A stretch of 64,000 nt of DNA from the NCBI GenBank assembly GCA_051251855.1, contig JBPOGI010000006.1:96001-160000 (forward strand), read 5' to 3'. This DNA is from Roseibacillus sp. Its GTDB lineage: Bacteria; Verrucomicrobiota; Verrucomicrobiia; Verrucomicrobiales; Akkermansiaceae. The position numbers and the translations under genes are program-made. The notes beneath the pieces were generated by a model, which did no database searches, was not told the origin of the DNA, and was given only the letters and a program-made list of their open reading frames with translations. Position 1 is the stretch's first letter; each line of letters starts with the position of its first letter. This document shows positions 19,362 to 27,382 of this stretch, piece by piece.

Positions 19362-19517
19362 GCTCCTGTCAGCTATGGGTAGGCTTTCGCACTTTCACTG
19401 CGGCAAACCGGGTTCGAATGCATTTCTTGGTTACAAGACATTCTGAACATCCAGCTCGGGGCGAGCTGCATACCGCATGGACCTGAAGGATGAAGGTCAA
19501 TCCCGGCAGGAGTACCA
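19362..19517 (+). tRNA. tRNA-Glu(TTC) interrupted by an 82-nt insert in the T-loop
   Basis: GCTCCTG...TCGCA-CTTTCAC-TGCGG...CCGGG-TTCGAAT [19420-19501] CCCGG-CAGGAGT-ACCA. Confidence 0.8.
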
Positions 19518-19524
19518 ATTTTCT

Positions 19525-19599
19525 CGGGGGGTAGTTCAATGGGAGAACGCGCGCTTTGGAAGCGTGAGGTTGTCGGTTTGAGTCCGGCTCCCCCGACCA
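19525..19599 (+). tRNA. tRNA-Pro(TGG)
   Basis: CGGGGGG/TCCCCCG-ACCA; loop TTTGGAA; T-loop TTTGAGT. Confidence 0.85.
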
Positions 19600-19607
19600 C
19601 TTTTAAT

Positions 19608-19768
19608 TCCCGGATAGCTTAATCGGCAGAGCACTCGACTTTGACTCGAGCAGTGTGGGTTCGATTGCCCTCGCTCCGCTCATGCCATGCGATGTCCAGT
19701 TTCCTCCTCCGGAAACTGAGAAATTCGATGCGCATAAATGTGCGGAAGCATTCCCACTCCGGGCACCA
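19608..19768 (+). tRNA. tRNA-Gln(TTG) interrupted by an 86-nt insert in the T-loop
   Basis: TCCCGGA...CTCGA-CTTTGAC-TCGAG...GTGGG-TTCGATT [19667-19752] CCCAC-TCCGGGC-ACCA. Confidence 0.8.
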
Positions 19769-19789
19769 ATTTTAACCAAACATGAAACA

Positions 19790-20383
19790 ATGATAACACT
19801 AGTAAAAGCGAAAGACCTTCGCCCCATCTTGGAGACGGAACGTCTTCTCTTGCGTCCCCTTGAAATGAACGATGCTGCCGACGTGCGTCGCCTAGTCGGT
19901 GATATTCGTGTGGCCGAAAATCTAGGGCTTGTTCCGCATCCCTATCCAGAGGGACTGGCGGAAGAATGGATTTCTGGTCAGAGAGCAGAATATGAAGCGG
20001 GTAGGCATCTCACTTTTGCGATTACTACCAAAGCAACTAACGAACTGATGGGAGTAATCAGCCTTCATCCCAAAGAAGATCTTCTTCGCGCGTCAGTTGG
20101 TTACTGGGTTGGCGTTCCCTATTGGGGAAACGGCTACACCACGGAGGCTCTCAAGGAGATGCTCCGATTTGGCTTTGACGACTTTGCCCTGCAAAGAATC
20201 TTCGCTACTCACTTTGTCACCAATCCTGCTTCGGGCCGGGTGATGGAGAAAGTGGGGATGCAGCTCGAAGGCGTGATGAAGCTGGGTATCTCAAGATTTG
20301 GGGTGCTGCGCGACAGTATGCAGCGAGCGATCATCAAACCCGATTGGGAACGCCAGCGACAGGCGGAAGAACTTTACTGCTAG
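19790..20383 (+). CDS. GNAT N-acetyltransferase, RimJ/RimL family
   Basis: LETERLLLRP, VGYWVGVPYWGNGYTTEAL, NPASGRVMEKVGM; start moved to ATG 19790 because the longer ORF overlaps tRNA-Gln. Confidence 0.9.
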   Translation: MITLVKAKDLRPILETERLLLRPLEMNDAADVRRLVGDIRVAENLGLVPHPYPEGLAEEWISGQRAEYEAGRHLTFAITTKATNELMGVISLHPKEDLLRASVGYWVGVPYWGNGYTTEALKEMLRFGFDDFALQRIFATHFVTNPASGRVMEKVGMQLEGVMKLGISRFGVLRDSMQRAIIKPDWERQRQAEELYC

Positions 20384-20455
20384 ACCGTGTCGTGTGTGAA
20401 AGCGGCGGGTGGGCACTTTGCCAGCCCACTCGCCGCAAACCCATTTAACTTACCA

Positions 20456-21220
20456 ATGAATAAAAATAGAAATGAGCAGAGGCGTTTGAAATCAGAACGT
20501 CTGGAAACGCGAGACAAAGTGATTCTTGCCCTTGAACGAGAGCGCCGAGATTTGTGGAACCAGCTCCGGAAAGCTCCTTTGGAAGAACTGAAGGAGCCTT
20601 ATCAAAAAGGCTGGGAGCGGTTCTTTGTTCTCAGCGAGCAGGCGAAGCGGAGAAAGGATGCCGAGAAGCTAGAATTGGCCCTTTCCCTTATTCGGAATTA
20701 TCAGCGCTGTTCCGTGAATCCATTTCGACACTATCGCTACAAGAGCAAGCGCATGGTGCCATGGGAGCACAATTTGAGTGGATTAAGAGCGAGAGCTTTT
20801 CTATCTCAACGGACTTCCGAGGAGGTCATGCAATACTTTCGAGTGCGTCTGCGTGAGCCTTTGACTCGAGAGCGAGTTCGAGAATTGGTTCGTTCAGGTT
20901 GGCAGGGAAAATTTTGGTTCCGCTACCCTGAGTATGCGGTTTCTCAAGTGCAGCCATTTATGATCACACACTGCCGCGTAGCTTTGCCCGAGGTGGAGAG
21001 CCGCTTGTCTGAAGTAGAGGCGACCCTTCGAAAAGATGGTAACGAATATCGGCTTCGCCATCTCAAGGATTGGGGCTTTAGCTGTTGGCGTCGGATGGAT
21101 GAAAGGGCTCAAGAAATGAAGGAGGTGCCGCTGATTCGGAGAGAGATTGAAGAAGCGATCTTTGACTTCGAAAGTAAGCAGGAGCCTAGCTACTGGTGTC
21201 CCGTTCTTTTTCTCAATTGA
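20456..21220 (+). CDS. basic hypothetical protein
   Basis: Arg/Lys-rich ORF in the operon; LKEPYQKGWERFFVL motif. Confidence 0.75.
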   Translation: MNKNRNEQRRLKSERLETRDKVILALERERRDLWNQLRKAPLEELKEPYQKGWERFFVLSEQAKRRKDAEKLELALSLIRNYQRCSVNPFRHYRYKSKRMVPWEHNLSGLRARAFLSQRTSEEVMQYFRVRLREPLTRERVRELVRSGWQGKFWFRYPEYAVSQVQPFMITHCRVALPEVESRLSEVEATLRKDGNEYRLRHLKDWGFSCWRRMDERAQEMKEVPLIRREIEEAIFDFESKQEPSYWCPVLFLN

Positions 21221-21542
21221 AGGAGAACGCGACGTCAGTGGCTGCGCTGTGAGTTGCAATACCACGCTTTAAACTAGGAACAAACACCAGGGGATTTCGG
21301 CGGAGCTTTCGATGGGTTCTTTGACTCTGAAACGAGCAGTAGAAAACCCAAGAAATGCAGAAGAGAGCAGCATCAGTGAGAAGAAGAATCCGGCATTTAC
21401 TGGAGAAGAAAGAGAAGCAGAAAAAGAAGATTCAACCCGAGTCTCCCCGCGAGAAAACCGACTATGAACAATCGCCAGTGAATCAAATCACGGTGAGGAC
21501 GATAGAGGGTTTTTGGGGACAGCAATAAGAAGAGAAAAAGAG

Positions 21543-22142
21543 ATGAACACCGTAATGAATAAGAGCGTCGTGCTCGTGCTAAACAGGCACTGGCAAGCCG
21601 TCAATGTCACCACCCCCGCGGAGGCCTTTGCTTCCATGATGACCGATGCCGCGACAGGCTTGGATATTCGAGGGGAAGACTGGATGGTTCCGGTGAAGTG
21701 GCAGGATTGGGTCCAGTTGTCTGTTCGAGAAGGAGACTTCTCGGTAGGGACGGTGGACGGTCAGGTGCGCGTTCCGACGGTGATTGTCTTGAGTCGTTTT
21801 GACCGAGTGCCGCGCAAGCGCCTCAGTTTCTCTTTGCGTGGTCTTTGGCTGCGGGATGGGGGACGGTGTCAATATACCGGACGTTCTCTCCGGCCAGAGG
21901 AAGGCAATATCGACCACGTCATTCCTCGCTCGCGCGGGGGAGAGACTTCTTGGGAGAACTGCGTGCTTTCTGACCGCAAGGTGAACAACCGGAAAGCAGA
22001 CCGGACCCCGGAAGAAGCGGGCTTACGCCTGAATTCCGATCCGGTGCGTCCTCCGGAAGTGCCCGTCACCTATTTGCTGCGGAATCCGTTCCAAATTGCA
22101 GATTGGGAGGTCTTCCTCCCTGAACGCTCGGAAGAAAATTGA
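21543..22142 (+). CDS. HNH endonuclease
   Basis: VLVLN, RDGGRCQYTG, NIDHVIPRSRGG..SWENCV....VNNRK. Confidence 0.92.
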   Translation: MNTVMNKSVVLVLNRHWQAVNVTTPAEAFASMMTDAATGLDIRGEDWMVPVKWQDWVQLSVREGDFSVGTVDGQVRVPTVIVLSRFDRVPRKRLSFSLRGLWLRDGGRCQYTGRSLRPEEGNIDHVIPRSRGGETSWENCVLSDRKVNNRKADRTPEEAGLRLNSDPVRPPEVPVTYLLRNPFQIADWEVFLPERSEEN

Positions 22143-22224
22143 TAAAATCTCGACCAACTTCAAGGCAAGTGGACCTGCAGGGAATTCCCGGAACGGTCTC
22201 CACGCATCGGCTCGATGGTCGAAC

Positions 22225-22329
22225 TCTGAAGTAGCTCAGATGGTAGAGCAACGAACTCATAATTCGTCGGTCACGGGTTCGATCCCCGTCTAACAAAACA
22301 AGCCCCTTTCGCTCCAGATTGCTTCGGCA
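22225..22329 (+). pseudogene. tRNA(CAT) (Met/Ile2) with missing or displaced 3' acceptor strand
   Basis: Perfect D, anticodon (ACGAA-CTCATAA-TTCGT) and T arms to 22289, then no complement to TCTGAAG until CTTCGGC at 22322-22328. Confidence 0.7.
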
Positions 22330-22430
22330 GTCAGCTCGAACTTGGCCCAGCGAATCACGCCGCTCCTCAGTCCCGAATGTTTCCGGATGAGTGACGCGAT
22401 GATTCCCGCCGGGAAAGAGTGGAGTGGGGG
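22303..22430 (+). ncRNA. unidentified ~130-nt structured RNA
   Basis: Closing stem CCCC..CGCTCCA/TGGAGTG-GGGG; GATTGC-TTCG-GCAGTC hairpin; AATCA-CGC/GCG-A-TGATT stem. Confidence 0.45.
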
Positions 22431-22469
22431 AGGCTTACAAATTTAACCCCAAAGAAAGAAAAAGAAGAA

Positions 22470-23237
22470 ATGAATGAATGGATGATCGTAGCAGTGGTTG
22501 TCGCAGTGGCGGCCGCTCTTGGAATGGTGAAAGTGATCCTAGGCAACCGCCAGAAGGTGATCGTGAATAGTTTTGAGAAGGCCCTCATGTTCTACAATGG
22601 CAAGTTGGTGAAAGAGCTGGAAGCGGGTGAGACCGTTTTCTGGGGTCAAGGATACGAAGTGAAACGTGTCGATGGCCGTTGGCAGGAGTTGGTGGTGCAA
22701 AGCCAAGAATTCCTGACCGCCGACCGAGCTTCCGTGAAGGTGAGCGGAGTGGTGCGTTTTCGCGTGGCGGATGCGCTGAAGTATTTCGGCGAATCCCAAG
22801 CGCCTCTCGTGACCGTTCATACCGCGACTCAGATGGCACTGCGTGATGTGGTGGGAAGTCTGGGCGTGGAAGCGGTGCTGGAGCGTCAAGACGGTCTCGG
22901 TGATCGAATGAAGGCTCTGGTTGCGGCCCCAGCGGAAGCTCTTGGAATCGAAGTCAACGCTGTCGTGGCGCGTGACCTGATGCTCGCCGGTGACCTGAAG
23001 AAGGCCTACCAGGCGACTTTGAGCGCGAAACAAGAAGCTCTCGCAGGACTTGAAAAGGCCCGTGGCGAGGCGGCTGCTATACGTGTGAAAGCGAATGCTG
23101 CCCGGGTTTACGAAAAGAACCCTGCCTTGCTGCAACTCGAAGCTCTCGAGACCGTGGCGAAGCTGGGGGACGGAATGAACAACCATCTGGTGCTTGGATC
23201 ACTCGATTCCTTGCTGAAGATGGTGAAAACTGAATGA
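22470..23237 (+). CDS. SPFH/band-7 (slipin-like) membrane protein
   Basis: N-terminal TM; QEFLTADR, QMALRDVVG, LEKARGEAAAIR..ANAARV..NPALLQL. Confidence 0.88.
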   Translation: MNEWMIVAVVVAVAAALGMVKVILGNRQKVIVNSFEKALMFYNGKLVKELEAGETVFWGQGYEVKRVDGRWQELVVQSQEFLTADRASVKVSGVVRFRVADALKYFGESQAPLVTVHTATQMALRDVVGSLGVEAVLERQDGLGDRMKALVAAPAEALGIEVNAVVARDLMLAGDLKKAYQATLSAKQEALAGLEKARGEAAAIRVKANAARVYEKNPALLQLEALETVAKLGDGMNNHLVLGSLDSLLKMVKTE

Positions 23238-23302
23238 TAGAAAAACTGGGGACGCCTCGCCGTGAATGCTGCGGGGCGTCCCTTACAAACTTTTGAAAAA
23301 CA

Positions 23303-24877
23303 ATGAGCCTGATTGGACAGGAAGAATTAATTGAAGCGGGTTGGGAACCTGGTCCGCACTTTGGAGAGATGATCGTGAAGCTGCGTGAATATGAAGAGCG
23401 TGGTATTTGCGATAAGAAGTATTTGCTCAAGCTGTTAGCGAAGGACTTTGGGGAACCAGAGCCTAAGTTGGCGATGCGTCCTGCGCCGGTGAAGTGCGCG
23501 GAAGCGATTCGTCCCGAGAACGATGAGGAGAAGGAGAATGTGTCGAGAGTTCGTCAGAAGATGAGCGAGCTCTTGAAGGTTCCCGTGATTTCTCAAGGGG
23601 CGGTGATGCCCGATGCGTGTCCGGCGGGAATGCATGAAGCGACCATTCCGGTGGGCGGGGCCATTGCGGTGGAAAATGCGATCATTCCAAGCGCGCATTC
23701 AGCGGATGTTTGCTGCTCCATGTTTGCCTCTTTCTACGTGGAACGCAGTAGTGTCGCCAGCGAGCTGGATGCTTTGACGGCGGCGACTCGTTTCGGTCCC
23801 GGTGGTCGTCACTATGACCACTTGGTGGAGCATACCGTGAATGAGGAAGACTTTTGGTCGAATCCGTTTTTGAGCGGGTTGAAGGACTACGGACGCATTC
23901 ACATGGCTGACCAAGGGGACGGGAATCACTTTGCCTACTTGGGTGAAGTCGAGGTGACCTCTGATGTTGTGAGCAAGCTGCACTTGGCTGGATATGGCGC
24001 GCTTGCGGATCAGCTTTCGGGTTCTGGAGAGAATCAAGAGACGCTGCGTCTTCGCGTTCTGGTGACTCATCATGGGTCGCGAGGATTGGGAGCGCATCTC
24101 TATAAGCGAGGTCAAAAGGCGGCTTTGAAGCAAACCGACAAGGCAGCGCGAGGGGTTCCTTCGGCAGCGGCGTGGTTGGATGCGCGCAGTGATGACGGCC
24201 GTGCTTATTGGGAGGCTTTGCAATATGTGGGTCTTTGGACTCGTGCCAACCACGAGGCTATCCATGAGCGTTTCTTGAACAACATCGGAGCGGAAAAGCT
24301 GGCGAGCTTTGGCAATGAACATAACTTCGTGTGGAAGCGTGGGGATGTCTTCATGCATGGCAAGGGAGCGACTCCAGCTTGGAAAGACTCCGATGGGCGT
24401 CCGCTGTTAGGATTGATTCCGCTCAATATGGCGGAGCCGATTCTGATGGTGCTGGGCGGCGACCAGAGCGAGTTCCTTTCCTTTGCTCCTCACGGTGCCG
24501 GCCGAAATGTTTCCCGAACCAAGTTGCGTGGTCGTTACGGCGACGAGGCCACTCGTCAGAATGTGATTGCGCATCATACCCGGGACATCGACGTGCGCTG
24601 GTATTGTGGTAAGGCGGACCTGAGCGAAACTCCGGTGGCCTACAAAAATGCCGACCAGGTGAAGGCGCAGATTCAGGAATTCGGCCTCGCGGAAATCGTG
24701 GCTGAGATTCGTCCTCTGGGATGCATCATGGCCGGCGAGAGCCCTCGGATGGATTGGAAGAAGTATCGCAAGGAGCAGTTAAGTCCGAAGCAGAAGCGTC
24801 AGATTCAGCATCGTGCGGAGCGACGTAAGACCAAGCAAGGTCTCGGGAATTGGGACGAGCCCGATTCCTTAGATTGA
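23303..24877 (+). CDS. rtcB: RtcB family RNA ligase
   Basis: MPDAC, IPVGG, ADVCC, GDGNHF, THHGSRG, HNF, HGKGAT, HGAGR, AYKN motifs. Confidence 0.92.
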   Translation: MSLIGQEELIEAGWEPGPHFGEMIVKLREYEERGICDKKYLLKLLAKDFGEPEPKLAMRPAPVKCAEAIRPENDEEKENVSRVRQKMSELLKVPVISQGAVMPDACPAGMHEATIPVGGAIAVENAIIPSAHSADVCCSMFASFYVERSSVASELDALTAATRFGPGGRHYDHLVEHTVNEEDFWSNPFLSGLKDYGRIHMADQGDGNHFAYLGEVEVTSDVVSKLHLAGYGALADQLSGSGENQETLRLRVLVTHHGSRGLGAHLYKRGQKAALKQTDKAARGVPSAAAWLDARSDDGRAYWEALQYVGLWTRANHEAIHERFLNNIGAEKLASFGNEHNFVWKRGDVFMHGKGATPAWKDSDGRPLLGLIPLNMAEPILMVLGGDQSEFLSFAPHGAGRNVSRTKLRGRYGDEATRQNVIAHHTRDIDVRWYCGKADLSETPVAYKNADQVKAQIQEFGLAEIVAEIRPLGCIMAGESPRMDWKKYRKEQLSPKQKRQIQHRAERRKTKQGLGNWDEPDSLD

Positions 24878-24883
24878 TGGACG

Positions 24884-26425
24884 CTAATCCCGAGTGCCGC
24901 GGGGATCCTTTTTGGGGACCTTGAGTTCTGTCCGAAGACGCGTGAGCTCTTTTTCGAGAGTCTTGCGCGTTTCAGCATAGCTCGGGTCCTCAAAAACGCT
25001 CTTCAATTCATGCGGATCAGTTTGGAGGTCGAAGAGTTGCCAGTAGTCATCGGGCTTGTAGAGATGGACCAGTTTGTAGCGGTCGGTAATGACGCCATAG
25101 TGGCGTGGCACGCTGTGGACGCCGGGAAACTCGTAGTAGTGATAGTAGAAGCTCTTTCGCCAGTCTTCGGGTGTTTCTCCCTTGAAAAGAGGAAGCAGGC
25201 TTTGGCCCTGCATGTGGCTGGGGACGGGAATGTCGGCGGCTTCGAGGAAGGTTTCGGCGAAGTCCAAGTTGGAAACGATGTCTTTGTTCACGCTGCCGGG
25301 CGCAATGACGTCGGGCCAGCGCACGAGGAGAGGTGTTCGCACCGATTCTTCATAAATCCAGCGCTTATCAAACCAGCCGTGCTCGCCAAGGTAGAAGCCT
25401 TGGTCGGAGGAGTAAACGACGATGGTGTTTTCTCCTAAACCAGATTCGTCCAAATAGTCTAACAGTTTTCCCACGCTGTCATCGACGGAAGCAATGCAGG
25501 CCAAGTAGTCGTGCATGTAACGTTGATACTTCCAGCGAACCAATTCTTCTCCTTCGAGATTGGCTGCTAAGAATTTCTCGTTACGAGGTTGATAGTAGGC
25601 GTGCCATTGGTCGCGGACGGACTTGGGAATGCTGCTGTTGATTTTCAGTTTGAGGTCGCCCTCATGCATGGTCTTGGCGAGGGACATGTCTTGGTTTCGT
25701 TCGCCGGGGCCACGGCCTGAGTAGTCATCGAAGAGTGTCTCTGGTTCGGGGTAAGGTTTGCCGTTATCATGATCGAGTTTGTCGACGTGGGGCGACCAGT
25801 TGCGATGGGGCGCCTTGTGCTGGCACATCAGGAGAAAGGGTTTGGAGGGGTCGCGTTTTTCCTTCAACCATTCCAGACTGAGGTCGGTCACGATATCGCT
25901 GACGTAACCCTTTTCGCGAACGTCTTCTCCATTGAGAATCATCTTGGGGTTGTAGTATTGCCCTTGGCCGGGGAGGACTTGCCAGTGGTCAAAACCGGTG
26001 GGAGAGCTGCCCAAGTGCCACTTGCCGATGACGGCGGTTTGGTAGCCGTTGGCTTGTAGCTGTTTGGGGAAGGTGACTTGCGAGCCATCGAATTTGCAGC
26101 CGGCATTGTCGACGAAGCCGTTGATGTGATTGTAGGTGCCGGACATGATGGTGGCCCGGCTGGGTCCGCAGATGGAGTTCGTTACAAGGCAACGGTCGAA
26201 GCGCATCCCTTCCTTGGCGAGGCGATCAATGTTGGGAGTTTTGTTACGGTTCGAGCCATAGGCGCTGATGGCTTGGTAAGCGTGGTCGTCCGAAAAGATG
26301 AAGACGATGTTGGGCTGCTCCTTGGCGACGAGTAAGCCACTAGAGGCGAAAGCGAGTAAGGCGCTACTCAGGACGGCTAAAGAGGATCGAAAGAAAGAAG
26401 AGCGAGGAATCATCCCTATGAGCAA
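24884..26425 (-). CDS. sulfatase
   Basis: [34 protein letters not shown]. Confidence 0.95.
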   Translation of the reverse strand: MLIGMIPRSSFFRSSLAVLSSALLAFASSGLLVAKEQPNIVFIFSDDHAYQAISAYGSNRNKTPNIDRLAKEGMRFDRCLVTNSICGPSRATIMSGTYNHINGFVDNAGCKFDGSQVTFPKQLQANGYQTAVIGKWHLGSSPTGFDHWQVLPGQGQYYNPKMILNGEDVREKGYVSDIVTDLSLEWLKEKRDPSKPFLLMCQHKAPHRNWSPHVDKLDHDNGKPYPEPETLFDDYSGRGPGERNQDMSLAKTMHEGDLKLKINSSIPKSVRDQWHAYYQPRNEKFLAANLEGEELVRWKYQRYMHDYLACIASVDDSVGKLLDYLDESGLGENTIVVYSSDQGFYLGEHGWFDKRWIYEESVRTPLLVRWPDVIAPGSVNKDIVSNLDFAETFLEAADIPVPSHMQGQSLLPLFKGETPEDWRKSFYYHYYEFPGVHSVPRHYGVITDRYKLVHLYKPDDYWQLFDLQTDPHELKSVFEDPSYAETRKTLEKELTRLRTELKVPKKDPRGTRD

Positions 26426-26469
26426 AGCAAGTCGGTGACTTTAACTCAAGGGGCGAAATCGTTTTATAG

Positions 26470-27327
26470 CTACAAAACAATCTCGGTGCCGATTCCCTTG
26501 GAGGTGAAAATCTCTAACAGGAGCGAGTGGGGGAGGCGGCCGTCGATGAAGTGAACCTTTTGAGTGCCGGCCTGGAGGGCATCGAGAGCGGAGGTCACTT
26601 TCGGAATCATGCCACCCGAGATGGTGCCGTCGGCGAGGTAGCCGTTAGCTTCTTCTTGGTTGAGAGAGGCGATCAGAGTCTCGGGCTTGGCGGGGTCGCG
26701 CATGAGGCCGGGGACATCGGAAAGGTAGACCAGCTTGGCTGGCTGCAGCGATTTAGCCAAAGCGGCGGCCGCGAGGTCGGCATTGATATTGAGAGAAGCG
26801 CCGGTCCCGATTTCGCGGCCGAGAGGGGAGATGACGGGAACGATCCCGCTGGAGGTGGCGTAGAGAATGTCTTCGGTGGCGCAGGTTTCGACCTCACCCA
26901 CAAAGCCGATGTCTTTGCCAGCGGGCTTCATGCGGCGGGCTTGGAAAACGTCGGTGCCTGGGATGGCGGAGGCGCGTCCTCCATGACCGTTGAGGAGTTC
27001 GACGAGCTGGGGACTGAGAGTGTGCGTGAGGGTGTTTTCAACGAGCGAAATCGCTTTTTCACAAGTGACTCGAAAGCCTTCCACCCATTCGGGTTCGAGC
27101 CCGGACTCGGCCATGGCTGCCGAGATGGCTTTGCCTCCCCCGTGAACGAGAATGGGGTTGATACCGGCGACCTCGAGAAAAAGAATGTCGCGCATGAAGT
27201 CGGAGACCAACTGAGGATCCTCCATCACGGAGCCACCGATTTTGATGAGAAAGGTTTTCCCTCGAAAGCGCTGCAGGTAGGGCAGGGCCTTGATGAGAAC
27301 GGAGGCTTTGGCTTGCGGGTCGGTCAC
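26470..27327 (-). CDS. argB: acetylglutamate kinase
   Basis: IKIGGS, VHGGG, NINAD, GGMIPKV, IDGRLPH. Confidence 0.95.
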   Translation of the reverse strand: MTDPQAKASVLIKALPYLQRFRGKTFLIKIGGSVMEDPQLVSDFMRDILFLEVAGINPILVHGGGKAISAAMAESGLEPEWVEGFRVTCEKAISLVENTLTHTLSPQLVELLNGHGGRASAIPGTDVFQARRMKPAGKDIGFVGEVETCATEDILYATSSGIVPVISPLGREIGTGASLNINADLAAAALAKSLQPAKLVYLSDVPGLMRDPAKPETLIASLNQEEANGYLADGTISGGMIPKVTSALDALQAGTQKVHFIDGRLPHSLLLEIFTSKGIGTEIVL

Positions 27328-27382
27328 GGCATTGAGGAAAGCAAAGCCAGCGGATGAGTCGAGACTTTGCTGAGGGTTTTAT

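Noticed and set aside
16778..19600. Many short ORFs in the ORF track across the ncRNA/tRNA region
   Set aside because: They overlap clear tRNA cloverleafs and hairpins and show no protein motifs
19420..19752. Inserts as group I/II introns, BHB introns or hammerheads
   Set aside because: Too short for group I/II; no GUGYG start or domain V; no clear bulge-helix-bulge or complete CUGAnGA/GAAA core by eye
17992..19768. CRISPR array (regular ~85-nt periodicity)
   Set aside because: Periodicity comes from tandem tRNA genes; no identical direct repeats or cas genes
16184..24877. Prophage or integrative element carrying the tRNAs
   Set aside because: No integrase, structural genes or att duplication seen
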